Source: a virus (taxonomy: Duplodnaviria > Caudoviricetes). From it: a stretch of 34,935 nucleotides of DNA. The stretch spans positions 1-34,935 of the IMG/VR virus record IMGVR_UViG_3300044724_007490. One strand, given 5' to 3'. Position numbers and translations under genes: made by a program. Below are positions 24,282 through 33,741 of this stretch, one piece after another. The notes below the pieces were generated by a model that did no database searches, was not told where the DNA came from, and saw only the letters and a program-made list of their open reading frames with translations. The stretch's first letter is position 1. Every line of letters begins with the position of its first letter.

Positions 24282-26585
24282 ATGATTCAAGTAACTAAAA
24301 GAGATGGCTCTTCAGAGCCAATAACTATTGATAAGCTACACAAAGTAGTATCTTATGCTTGTGATGGTATTGCGGGGGTTTCCGCTAGTGAGGTAGAAAT
24401 ACACTCTCAAATACAATTTTTTGACGGTATTAAGTCTGCCGATGTACAAGAAACACTTATCAAGTCAGCTGCAGATCTAATATCAGAACAAACTCCTAAT
24501 TATCAATGGGTTGCTGGTAGACTTATTAACTACCATCTTCGTAAAATGGTTTACGGGCAATTTGAGCCTTGGCACTTATCAGATTTAATAAACTTTAATG
24601 TTGAAGCAGGATTTTATGACTCTGAAATTTTAAATTCCTATAGCAAAAAGGAATTAGAAAAACTTAATTCATATATTAAGCATCAAAGAGACGACACATT
24701 AACATATGCAGCTATGGAGCAGTTTAGAGGTAAATACTTAGTTCAAAATCGTGTTACTAAGCAGATCTATGAAACTCCTCAAATGGCCTACATGCTTATA
24801 GCTATGACCTTATTCCAAGCCTACCCAAAAGAGAGTAGGCTAAAATGGGTAAAGGATTACTATGATGCAATTAGCACTTTTGATATATCTCTACCTACTC
24901 CTGTTATGGCGGGTGTACGAACTCCACAGAGACAATTTAGTTCCTGTGTCCTTATTGAAACAGATGACTCTTTGGACTCTATTAATGCTACCACTAGTTC
25001 TATTGTTAAGTATGTAAGCCAAAAAGCGGGTATCGGTATTGGTGCAGGAAGTATAAGAGCGCTTGGGTCCCCTATAAGAAGTGGTGATGCATATCATACT
25101 GGAGTTATTCCCTTTTATAAACTATTTCAATCAGCTACCAGATCATGCTCTCAAGGCGGTGTGCGTAATGGTGCTGCTACACTATACTACCCTATATGGC
25201 ATTTAGAAGTAGAAGATTTACTTGTTCTTAAAAATAATAAAGGCACAGAAGACAATCGTGTTAGGCATATAGACTATGGGGTACAATTTAATAAGCTTAT
25301 GTATGAAAGATTACTAGAAGGAGGAGATATAACACTATTTTCTCCAAGTGACGTTCCAGGACTGTATACATCTTTTTTCAATGATTATACACGTTTTAAA
25401 ATGCTGTATGAAAGAGCAGAGAAAAATACTGATATCCGTAAAAAAACAATAAAAGCTATAGATCTATTCTCACAATTTATGGAAGAGCGTAAAAACACAG
25501 GTCGTATTTATCTTATGAACGTTGATCACGCCAATTCACACAGTAGTTTTGATGAGACCATAGCCCTAGTAAAACAGTCAAATTTATGTTGTGAAATAGA
25601 CTTACCTACAAAACCTCTTAATGATTTTAATGATGAAGAGGGTGAAATAGCTCTTTGTACTCTCTCAGCAATCAATTGGGGAAATATTAAAAGTCCTGAC
25701 GACTTTCAAAAACCTTGTGAATTAGCTGTTAGAGGACTTGACGCTCTTTTAGATTATCAAAACTACCCTGTTAAAGCAGCTGAGCGCGCCACAATGTATA
25801 GAAGACCGATAGGTGTTGGTATAATAAATTTAGCGTACTGGTTAGCAAAGAATGATACAACATATCAAGATCCTAATTTAGAATTAGTTGATGAGTATGC
25901 AGAAGCTTGGAGCTACTATTTAATAAAAGCCTCAGTCGATCTAGCAAAAGAGCAAAAAGCTTGTATAGGGACTCACGAAACTAAGTACTCAAAAGGTATT
26001 ACTCCTAACATGACTTATAAAACTGATTTAGATGAGTTAATACCTCATGTTGAAAGACTTGATTGGGATGACTTAAGAAAAGATCTACAAGAATATGGCA
26101 TAAGAAACTCTACTCTTATGGCGCTAATGCCCGCAGAAACTTCAGCACAAATTAGTAACGCAACAAATGGTATAGAACCTCCTAGATCTTTTGTATCCAT
26201 AAAACAATCTAAAGACGGAGTGCTAAAACAAGTAGTTCCTGGTATTCATAAACTACGTAATAAGTATGATTTACTATGGGATCAAAAGTCTCCTCAAGGA
26301 TATCTTAAAATATGTGCAGTGTTACAGAAATATATTGATCAAGGTATATCTGTTAACACGTCATACAATCCTACATTTTTTGAAGATGAAAAGATTCCTA
26401 TGAGTACAATGATTCAAGACTTACTAATGTTCTATAAGTTTGGAGGTAAACAGCTTTACTATTTTAACACTTTTGATGGTCAAGGTGAAATTGATTTAAA
26501 TAAGATGAATGGTATAGACAAGACAAGAGATGAATTTGAAACAGAAGAAGAATATGAAGAGTACTGTGAAAGCTGTGTTCTATAA
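24282..26585 (+). CDS. nrdA: Ribonucleotide reductase class Ia, alpha subunit (with ATP cone)
   Basis: ATP cone 'VTKRDG', 'PTP', 'SSCVL', 'CSQGGVRNG', 'SNLCCEI', 'MPAETS', 'LYY' and C-terminal 'CESC'. Confidence 0.97.
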   Translation: MIQVTKRDGSSEPITIDKLHKVVSYACDGIAGVSASEVEIHSQIQFFDGIKSADVQETLIKSAADLISEQTPNYQWVAGRLINYHLRKMVYGQFEPWHLSDLINFNVEAGFYDSEILNSYSKKELEKLNSYIKHQRDDTLTYAAMEQFRGKYLVQNRVTKQIYETPQMAYMLIAMTLFQAYPKESRLKWVKDYYDAISTFDISLPTPVMAGVRTPQRQFSSCVLIETDDSLDSINATTSSIVKYVSQKAGIGIGAGSIRALGSPIRSGDAYHTGVIPFYKLFQSATRSCSQGGVRNGAATLYYPIWHLEVEDLLVLKNNKGTEDNRVRHIDYGVQFNKLMYERLLEGGDITLFSPSDVPGLYTSFFNDYTRFKMLYERAEKNTDIRKKTIKAIDLFSQFMEERKNTGRIYLMNVDHANSHSSFDETIALVKQSNLCCEIDLPTKPLNDFNDEEGEIALCTLSAINWGNIKSPDDFQKPCELAVRGLDALLDYQNYPVKAAERATMYRRPIGVGIINLAYWLAKNDTTYQDPNLELVDEYAEAWSYYLIKASVDLAKEQKACIGTHETKYSKGITPNMTYKTDLDELIPHVERLDWDDLRKDLQEYGIRNSTLMALMPAETSAQISNATNGIEPPRSFVSIKQSKDGVLKQVVPGIHKLRNKYDLLWDQKSPQGYLKICAVLQKYIDQGISVNTSYNPTFFEDEKIPMSTMIQDLLMFYKFGGKQLYYFNTFDGQGEIDLNKMNGIDKTRDEFETEEEYEEYCESCVL

Positions 26586-26596
26586 AGGAAATTAAA

Positions 26597-27775
26597 ATGA
26601 GTGTATTAAATACAAATAAAAATGACCATACAAAAGCAAAGATGTTTTTAGACGCTGAACAATTAGGTATGCAGCGTTTTGACACATTAAAATATCGAGC
26701 CTTTGACAAACTAACAGATAAACAACTCGGTTTCTTTTGGAGGCCTGAAGAAATAGATATACTTAGAGATGCTTCAGACTTTAAAAACTTATCAGAGCAC
26801 GAACAACATATCTTTACATCTAATCTAAAAAGACAAATTGTACTTGACTCTGTACAAGGTAGATCTCCTAATTTAGCTTTTCTCCCTCTCGTAACAATAC
26901 CAGAATTAGAAACTTGGATTGAGACATGGGCGTTTTCAGAAACAATTCATTCTCGTTCTTATACACATATTATTCGTAATATCTATTCTAACCCCTCAAA
27001 AATATTTGATGAGCTGATGGATATCGAAGAAATAGTAGATTGTGCAGAATCTATTTCTAAACACTATGACGAACTGCTGGAACTTACTCAATGGTATCAA
27101 CTATTTGGAGAAGGAAGTCATAAAGTTGTATCAGAAGGAGGCACTCATCTTACAGATGGGCAAGCTGAACTTGTAGACATTAGACAGCATAAAAAGAAAG
27201 TTGATTTGTACGAACTGAAGAAACAACTTTATCTTTGTATTGCTAGTGTAAATATTCTTGAAGGTGTCCGTTTCTATGTGTCGTTTGCTTGTTCATGGGC
27301 GTTTGCAGAACTTAAAAAGATGGAAGGTAACGCTAAAATTATCAAACTTATCGCTAGAGATGAAAATGTACACCTTGGATCTACTCAACAAATACTTAAA
27401 CTTTTACCTCAAGATGACCCAGACTATATTAAGATAGCTAAAGAATGTGAACAAGACGTTGTTGACATGTTTATAGAAGCGGTCGATCAAGAAAAAGCAT
27501 GGGCTGACTATCTTTTTAAAGATGGCTCTATGATTGGGTTGAATGCTCAATTATTACATGATTATATTGAATGGATTGCTAATAAACGCATTACAGCAAT
27601 TGGTATTAAATCACCATTTAAAGTACCTAGAGCTAACCCTCTTCCTTGGACACAAAAATGGATAAGTGGTGCAGAAGTACAAGTAGCACCGCAAGAAACA
27701 GAGATCTCTAGTTATATAATTGGAGGCACTAAACAAGACGTAACACAAGACACATTTAAAGGATTTTCACTGTGA
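26597..27775 (+). CDS. nrdB: Ribonucleotide reductase class Ia, beta subunit
   Basis: 'FFWRPEE', 'LDSVQGR', 'ETIHSRSY', 'LEGVRFYVSF', 'RDENVH' and 'APQETE..SY'. Confidence 0.97.
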   Translation: MSVLNTNKNDHTKAKMFLDAEQLGMQRFDTLKYRAFDKLTDKQLGFFWRPEEIDILRDASDFKNLSEHEQHIFTSNLKRQIVLDSVQGRSPNLAFLPLVTIPELETWIETWAFSETIHSRSYTHIIRNIYSNPSKIFDELMDIEEIVDCAESISKHYDELLELTQWYQLFGEGSHKVVSEGGTHLTDGQAELVDIRQHKKKVDLYELKKQLYLCIASVNILEGVRFYVSFACSWAFAELKKMEGNAKIIKLIARDENVHLGSTQQILKLLPQDDPDYIKIAKECEQDVVDMFIEAVDQEKAWADYLFKDGSMIGLNAQLLHDYIEWIANKRITAIGIKSPFKVPRANPLPWTQKWISGAEVQVAPQETEISSYIIGGTKQDVTQDTFKGFSL

Positions 27776-28176
27776 TTGATTTAAATAAATATAAAGACTT
27801 TGTAAAAGAGGTAACTTCTAATGAATCTAATTTCACCAGTTTCTTTGGTGATAACCTAGTCAAACTTGAAACAGAGTCTAAGGTTAAAATGGCTCTTCTT
27901 TTAACAGGGGCAATCGGTTTATCTTCAGAAGGTGGTGAGTTTAGTGAGATAGTTAAAAAATGTATTTTTCAAGGTAAGCCCCTAAATGACGATACTATAT
28001 TCCACATGAAACGAGAGCTGGGCGATATTATGTGGTACTGGATTAGCGCATGCAGAGCACTCGATTTAGATCCTAATGAAGTTATAGCTGAGAATGTTAA
28101 GAAGCTAGAGTCAAGATACCCTGGCGGGCAATTTGATGTTTTCTATAGCGAGAACAGGCAAGAAGGTGACCTATAA
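27772..28176 (+). CDS. mazG: MazG-like nucleotide pyrophosphohydrolase
   Basis: 'GLSSEGGEFSEIVKK...RELGDIMWY...N..KL..RYP'. Confidence 0.85.
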   Translation: MIDLNKYKDFVKEVTSNESNFTSFFGDNLVKLETESKVKMALLLTGAIGLSSEGGEFSEIVKKCIFQGKPLNDDTIFHMKRELGDIMWYWISACRALDLDPNEVIAENVKKLESRYPGGQFDVFYSENRQEGDL

Positions 28177-28861
28177 TAAAATATATATAGGTTGGGACAG
28201 CACTCAAGAATCAGCTTACGAGGTGTTAAAATATTCATTACTGAAAAAAAGTAGTAACATACAGGTCATGCCTATCAAACAGCACCAGCTTAGAACAAGA
28301 AATATTTACAATAGGCCTATAGACCCTCTTAGCTCTACCGAATTTACCTTCACTCGATTTTTAGTTCCATACCTACAAAATTACAAAGAATGGGCGCTAT
28401 TTATGGACTGTGATATGCTACCATTAGTAGATATTAATTTATTATTTAATGAAGTTGATGAAAAGTATGCAGTAATGTGTGCGCAACATGATTATATACC
28501 GAATATAAAAATAAAAATGGGTAATAAAGTACAAGAGTATTACCCAAGAAAAAATTGGAGTTCTTTAATCCTTTTTAACTGTAATCACCCAAGCAATAAA
28601 AAATTAAATAGAGACTTAGTAAATAACCTTAATCTTTCTGGAAAATTTTTTCATAGATTTGGGTGGTTAAGAGATGAAGAAATTGGAAAAATAAACTATG
28701 AATTTAATTGGTTAGTGAACTGGTACAAAGAACCTGAAGATGGTAGCCCTAAGATTCTACATTTTACTGAAGGAGGGCCGTGGCTTAAAGGCTTTGAAAA
28801 TAAAGAATACTCTGATGTCTGGTTAAAAGAATTTAATTTGTATAGTAAGGATAAGAAATGA
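28166..28861 (+). CDS. GT-A glycosyltransferase (GT8-like)
   Basis: 'KIYIGWD', 'STEFTFTRFLVP', DxD 'FMDCDM', 'YPRKNWSS', 'WLV' and 'HFTEGGPW'. The probable start is the GTG at 28166. Confidence 0.8.
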   Translation: MTYNKIYIGWDSTQESAYEVLKYSLLKKSSNIQVMPIKQHQLRTRNIYNRPIDPLSSTEFTFTRFLVPYLQNYKEWALFMDCDMLPLVDINLLFNEVDEKYAVMCAQHDYIPNIKIKMGNKVQEYYPRKNWSSLILFNCNHPSNKKLNRDLVNNLNLSGKFFHRFGWLRDEEIGKINYEFNWLVNWYKEPEDGSPKILHFTEGGPWLKGFENKEYSDVWLKEFNLYSKDKK

Positions 28862-29091
28862 ATAATGTAATCATATGGTCAAAAGATACCTGTGCCTATT
28901 GTGACATGGCTAAGAGACTATTAAATAAAAAAGAGATAGTTTTTGAAGAGAAAAAAATAGGACACGGTTATGAAAAAGAAGATCTATTAAAAGAAGTACC
29001 AAATGCACGAACCGTACCTCAAATAATAATTGACGGTAAGGTAATAGGCGGTTATAATGATCTTAATAATTACTTTAACAAAGGAAGTTAA
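28858..29091 (+). CDS. Glutaredoxin
   Basis: CAYC active site and 'TVPQI...IGGY'. It lies near nrdAB. Confidence 0.92.
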   Translation: MNNVIIWSKDTCAYCDMAKRLLNKKEIVFEEKKIGHGYEKEDLLKEVPNARTVPQIIIDGKVIGGYNDLNNYFNKGS

Positions 29092-29792
29092 TGCCAAACG
29101 GAAATGGTAACGGGAAAACCCACTTAAAAAGAGTTAGAATCGATGATTTACTAACATTTCAACCTATAACAGACAATCAAACTTTAACTTATGATGCGTA
29201 TAAGAATAATAAACATCTCTTACTTCACGGTATAGCAGGTACAGGAAAAACTTTTTTAAGCTTATATCTTGCACTTGAAGATGTTTTAGATCCTTCAACT
29301 GTATACGATGATGTTTTTATAGTAAGATCTGTTGTATCAACCAGAGATATAGGGTTCTTACCAGGAGATGAACAAGAAAAAGTTTCTATTTATGAGGCTC
29401 CTTACAGATCAATATGTAGAGAACTTTTTGGGTTAAAAGATTCGTATGACTCTTTGAAACAACAAAATAATGTAAAGTTTATGAGCACCTCATTTATAAG
29501 AGGAATTACTATAAATAACGCAGTTGTAATAGTTGATGAGTGTCAAAATTTAAATTTTCATGAACTTGATAGTATAATTACACGTATTGGCAAAAACAGC
29601 AAGATTATATTCTGTGGTGATTATACTCAGTCAGATTTAACTCGTGAAGTTGATAAACGAGGAATAGTAAACTTTATGAAGATCTTAAAAGAGCTTCCAG
29701 AATTTACAACTGTGGAGTTTGGTATTAATGATATTGTAAGAAGTGATTTTTTAAAATCATATATCATAGCTAAGTATAAACTTGGTTACTAA
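29091..29792 (+). CDS. phoH: PhoH-like ATPase
   Basis: 'GIAGTGKT', 'IGFLPG', 'FIRG.T', 'VDECQN', 'TRIG', 'GD..QSD' and 'DIVRS'. Confidence 0.93.
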   Translation: MPNGNGNGKTHLKRVRIDDLLTFQPITDNQTLTYDAYKNNKHLLLHGIAGTGKTFLSLYLALEDVLDPSTVYDDVFIVRSVVSTRDIGFLPGDEQEKVSIYEAPYRSICRELFGLKDSYDSLKQQNNVKFMSTSFIRGITINNAVVIVDECQNLNFHELDSIITRIGKNSKIIFCGDYTQSDLTREVDKRGIVNFMKILKELPEFTTVEFGINDIVRSDFLKSYIIAKYKLGY

Positions 29793-29801
29793 GGAGAAAA
29801 A

Positions 29802-30077
29802 ATGTCAGGTAATGTTTGGTCTTGCACCGATTATGAAATTTTAAGGGTAGAACAAAAAAATGATTATACAGAGTATAAAGTCACTCTTCAGAGACTTCCA
29901 AAAAGTAGTTATGCACAGTATACTGTATATAATCTGCCTGCAAATGAAGCAGATGAAAATGATGTAATTCAGTTTCCAAGTAATTTATCTGTAGATAGTT
30001 TTTTAGCTAATGTTATTCCAAGTGTTAACACTTACCTAGTAGCTATAGACGCAGTGTCTTTCACAACTATTTCATAA
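29802..30077 (+). CDS. Hypothetical protein (91 aa)
   Basis: ORF with a strong AAGGAG SD. No motif recognised. Confidence 0.65.
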   Translation: MSGNVWSCTDYEILRVEQKNDYTEYKVTLQRLPKSSYAQYTVYNLPANEADENDVIQFPSNLSVDSFLANVIPSVNTYLVAIDAVSFTTIS

Positions 30078-30086
30078 GAGGCTAAG

Positions 30087-30626
30087 ATGTTTTTTAAATC
30101 AATAAATTTAGAGTATAATTATTCTTTTTTTACTGAACAAGATCATAAAAAAATTGGTAAACGTTCGTGTATCGCTCATCAGCAGACTGACAATCCTAAA
30201 CTTTATGCAGAATTAGGAGGCATTCCTGATTCTTATAATCTTGAGAACACTACTATATATCAATTATGGTATGATGACAAAGAATTAAAAAAAGATTTAG
30301 GAAACAAACTAGGCATAGATGTAGTATCAGTATCAACTATACTACAACCTTGTGGCTCTTCAATACCTATACATACTGATCACTTTTACAAAATTCGCTT
30401 AAAATTCCCTAACGATACTCGAACTAAAGTTAGAGTTAACATATTTTTAGAAGACTGGGAACCAGGTCATCACTTGCAGTATAAAATTAATGATGAATGG
30501 AAAATAAGTACTCATTGGAAAGCAGGAGAAGGGTTTGCATGGGATAGTACAGTTGAGCATTTATCGGGCAATTCTGGTATGTCCCCTAAACACACATTAC
30601 AAGTTTCTGGTTTTTTAGTTAATTAA
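30087..30626 (+). CDS. Cupin / 2OG-Fe(II) oxygenase-like protein (Asp/Asn beta-hydroxylase-like)
   Basis: HxD 'IPIHTD', distal His 'EHLSGN' and the DSBH strand pattern 'RVNIFLEDWEPGH', 'W.AGE'. Confidence 0.7.
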   Translation: MFFKSINLEYNYSFFTEQDHKKIGKRSCIAHQQTDNPKLYAELGGIPDSYNLENTTIYQLWYDDKELKKDLGNKLGIDVVSVSTILQPCGSSIPIHTDHFYKIRLKFPNDTRTKVRVNIFLEDWEPGHHLQYKINDEWKISTHWKAGEGFAWDSTVEHLSGNSGMSPKHTLQVSGFLVN

Positions 30627-30627
30627 T

Positions 30628-31563
30628 ATGGTTGTAAATTACACCAATCTCCCAAAGACACATGATATTCCTCTTGGGGGTGCGAGCAGTATTAACGATC
30701 TCTCTACAGTTACTTATAGAGATTTTCTAATATCACAATATTCTAAATCTTATTTTATCCCAAAAAACGCAGAAAAAATAAAAAATGATTTTTTTAAAAC
30801 TTATATAAATTGGATTTTTACATCTCATAAAATAAAAGGTTTTGAAAAATTTAACAATGCATGTTTTACAAACGGCACCAGAGAATCGTTTGAATACTTT
30901 TATTTAAAATATCTTCCAATAAAAAGACTAAGACTAGCTAAAGGAGAATACTTTTTTCACCAAATGATGAAAAGTATCTATAAAGATTATGTCAAATTTG
31001 CATGGATCGAGGATGATCCTTTAAAAACTGGAGATTTCCTTTTAATTAGTGTCCCGTTCTCTGATACAGGTAATATTCCAAAAGATCTTGATAACATTCT
31101 TAAGACTTGTAATAAACTTGAAATACCTGTTATGCTTGATCTTGCTTACATAAATCTGTCAAAAAATTTAACTTTTAATATCGATTATGAATGCGTTGAG
31201 TATGTTACATCTTCTTTATCAAAAGTTTTCCCTTTAGAATTTCATCGAGTAGGTATAAGACTTCAAAAAGAAGTTTCTGATGATCAACTATATGTAGTAA
31301 ATGAACCTTATCACAATTATATAAATATTTTTAGTGCTAAATTAGGGTTAGAAATGATGAAAAAATTTCCACCAGATTATATATTTAATAAGTATCGAAA
31401 TAAACAATTACAGTTTTGTAGTAAACTAAATTTAGAGCCCTCAGATTGTGTAATTTTTGGTATTGATCATAATAATAAATTTAAACACCTAAATCGAGGT
31501 AATAATACCACAAGACTTTGTTTTTCAAAAATATGGGATAGAAGAATAGAATATGAGCTGTAG
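30628..31563 (+). CDS. PLP-dependent fold-type I enzyme (aminotransferase-like)
   Basis: 'FTNGTRESF', 'SVPFSDTG', PLP-binding Asp 'LDLAY', Schiff-base Lys in 'SSLSKVF', 'RVG' and a C-terminal Arg in 'RLCFS'. Confidence 0.75.
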   Translation: MVVNYTNLPKTHDIPLGGASSINDLSTVTYRDFLISQYSKSYFIPKNAEKIKNDFFKTYINWIFTSHKIKGFEKFNNACFTNGTRESFEYFYLKYLPIKRLRLAKGEYFFHQMMKSIYKDYVKFAWIEDDPLKTGDFLLISVPFSDTGNIPKDLDNILKTCNKLEIPVMLDLAYINLSKNLTFNIDYECVEYVTSSLSKVFPLEFHRVGIRLQKEVSDDQLYVVNEPYHNYINIFSAKLGLEMMKKFPPDYIFNKYRNKQLQFCSKLNLEPSDCVIFGIDHNNKFKHLNRGNNTTRLCFSKIWDRRIEYEL

Positions 31564-32575
31564 TAATGACTGGGACAATTTAAAAGAGATAATTGTTGGA
31601 GTAGCAGACTTTGCTAATATACCTATCCCTAATATATCAATATTAAAATGTCAATTTCCTGAGTATGAAGAGTCTTATATAAAACAATTTACAGGTTTTT
31701 ACCCCCAACAAATTATAGACGAACAGAATGAAGATCTAGAAACTCTAAGCACAACACTAAAAGATTTAGGGGTCATAGTTCATAGACCTAATACACAATA
31801 CGCAGAAAAAGAAATAATTTCACCTACTTGGAAAGGTGTAAATTGGCACTACCATTGTCCAAGAGATTTGACACTTATAATTGGAAAAAATATTATTGAG
31901 ACGCCCTCCCCTTTATGGAACCGGCAGTTTGAAACATGGGCGTATAGGGATATTTTTTACAAATTATTTAACGAGGGGTACAACTGGATTAAAAGCCCTA
32001 CACCTATACTAACTGAAGATAATTATAAAGATGATACAAAAGGAGTACCTTCTTTAAATAATTTTGAAATATTATTTGAAGCTGCTAATTGTGTAAGAGT
32101 CAATAATGATATACTTTATCAGGTAAGTAATACAGGTAATTCATTAGGATCAAAATGGTTACAAAGAGTTTTGGGAAAAGAATATAAAGTACATGAAGCT
32201 AAAGATTTGTACTCATATGCACACTTAGATAGCACTATAATACCTCTGAGAGAAGGTCTAGTTCTTTATAACGCTTCAAGAGTTACAGAAGAAAATGAGC
32301 CTGAAATATTTAAATCATGGGATAAAATATGGATTGACGAGTGTGTATCAAAAAATAAATCACATGATCTACCTTGGGGTGCAAGTGAGTGGATAGGTTT
32401 AAACTTACTAAGTATAAATGAAAAACTAGCTATAGTAGATAAAAAACAAATTCAAGTAATTGAAAAACTTAAAAATCAAGGTATTGAAGTAATTCCTCTA
32501 GAATTAAGACATGACAGGCTTATCAGCGGAGGATTTCACTGCGTTACTCTTGACTTAAAAAGAATAAAACAGTGA
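31553..32575 (+). CDS. Amidinotransferase (glycine / inosamine-phosphate amidinotransferase family, StrB1/AGAT-like)
   Basis: 'NDWDNLKEIIVG', 'CPRD', 'FEAAN', 'TGN..G..WL', 'AHLDST' and catalytic Cys in 'GGFHCVTLDL'. Confidence 0.9.
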   Translation: MSCSNDWDNLKEIIVGVADFANIPIPNISILKCQFPEYEESYIKQFTGFYPQQIIDEQNEDLETLSTTLKDLGVIVHRPNTQYAEKEIISPTWKGVNWHYHCPRDLTLIIGKNIIETPSPLWNRQFETWAYRDIFYKLFNEGYNWIKSPTPILTEDNYKDDTKGVPSLNNFEILFEAANCVRVNNDILYQVSNTGNSLGSKWLQRVLGKEYKVHEAKDLYSYAHLDSTIIPLREGLVLYNASRVTEENEPEIFKSWDKIWIDECVSKNKSHDLPWGASEWIGLNLLSINEKLAIVDKKQIQVIEKLKNQGIEVIPLELRHDRLISGGFHCVTLDLKRIKQ

Positions 32576-33741
32576 ACTTTGTCTTTGATTATTTAAACGG
32601 TAATGATCCTATACCTAATGGTGTAGAATCTGGGTTAAGAGACGTATACATCAAGGATAGACATAGATTTACTAAAAGTTCTTATATAAAGTTGCCCGAA
32701 ATTTTACACTTTTTAAATAATAAAAAATTTTCAAAGCTAGACAAACAAAGTAAGGGAATATACCCTATACAAATTTTTTGGCCTACTCTTATTCATCCTA
32801 CTATATTAAACTACGTATTTAAAGTATGTCTAAATCCTCTAGCTATTGAAAAAATTAATAAAAAGGAATTAAAACTTGTAGTTTTTATAGATAGAGAACA
32901 ATTCTATGAAAAAAATTTTTGGGATCTTTATGATTTTTTAAATAGAACTTTTATAGACTTTACAATTTATACACTTTTTAAACCTAAAGTTGAGGATACA
33001 ATATATCAAAAAAGAGTAAGACAAGCATTTACACTTGAGTATATCTTACATAAAGATAATAATTATTGGTTTGAAAAAAAAGTTACTAATATCAATCTAA
33101 ATAAAAAATTAAAATTTAATGTATTGGGGTATTCAAGACATCACAACCTTGATTTTAGAGTATTTTTTATAAACACCTTACTCTCTAACAATTTTCATAA
33201 AAATGCTTTAATCACGTTTGATTACTCAAAGCAATTTGTGAATGATTTTACAAAAAATTCAAAAATTCTTAAAAAACAGCAAAAACAAATTAAAAACTTT
33301 AACATTGATTTGTACGATAATTGCCATCCAATTCATGACATAAAGGATGTTGCTAAACTAACCGACATTTCTTTAGTATTTGGCTCTTACTTGGATAACA
33401 CTTATTGCGACTGGCCCTTTGTATGCGATAAGGTTTTTAGGCCTATTTCAGTAAAATTGCCTTTTATTTTATTAGGTCAATATCATAGTTTAGAATATCT
33501 TAAAAGTTTTGGATATAAAACATTTCACCCCTATATTAATGAATCTTATGATAATATAGAAAACAATGATAAAAGAATGATAGAGGTTTTGAGAGAGTTG
33601 TTAAGGGTATTAAATTTGAAAGATCATGATTATAATACTTTAATGAATAATTTAGAACCAATAACTAACCACAATTATAATGTATTCTTAAAAAGAGTTG
33701 AGAATGAACAAAACTATTTAGAGTCTTTATGTGATGAATAA
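32572..33741 (+). CDS. Hypothetical protein with a GT10/GT-B-like C-terminal motif (paralogue 1)
   Basis: 'FVCDKVFRPI...PFILLGQ..SL.YLK..GYKTF...INESYD...R...N'. Clear paralogue of the next gene. Confidence 0.6.
   Translation: MNFVFDYLNGNDPIPNGVESGLRDVYIKDRHRFTKSSYIKLPEILHFLNNKKFSKLDKQSKGIYPIQIFWPTLIHPTILNYVFKVCLNPLAIEKINKKELKLVVFIDREQFYEKNFWDLYDFLNRTFIDFTIYTLFKPKVEDTIYQKRVRQAFTLEYILHKDNNYWFEKKVTNINLNKKLKFNVLGYSRHHNLDFRVFFINTLLSNNFHKNALITFDYSKQFVNDFTKNSKILKKQQKQIKNFNIDLYDNCHPIHDIKDVAKLTDISLVFGSYLDNTYCDWPFVCDKVFRPISVKLPFILLGQYHSLEYLKSFGYKTFHPYINESYDNIENNDKRMIEVLRELLRVLNLKDHDYNTLMNNLEPITNHNYNVFLKRVENEQNYLESLCDE

Noticed and set aside
139-26709. Minus-strand ORFs in the track (139-339, 1941-2237, 2538-2879, 5974-6174, 7834-8019, 8374-8571, 10302-10556, 11935-12150, 12930-13154, 20499-20738, 20794-21126, 21363-21608, 24891-25097, 26464-26709)
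   Set aside because: They are short, lie antisense to well-supported + strand genes and show no motifs. They are shadow ORFs.
7949-27775. Inteins, introns or homing endonucleases in the helicase, pol, nrdA or nrdB
   Set aside because: Protein lengths are normal, motifs are contiguous, and no splice-junction, LAGLIDADG or HNH signature was seen.
30087-30626. TET/JBP 5-methylpyrimidine dioxygenase
   Set aside because: It has HxD..H, but it is short and its pattern looks more like cupin/Asp-hydroxylase-type proteins. No C5 DNA methyltransferase (PC motif) is adjacent. A profile search is needed to exclude it fully.
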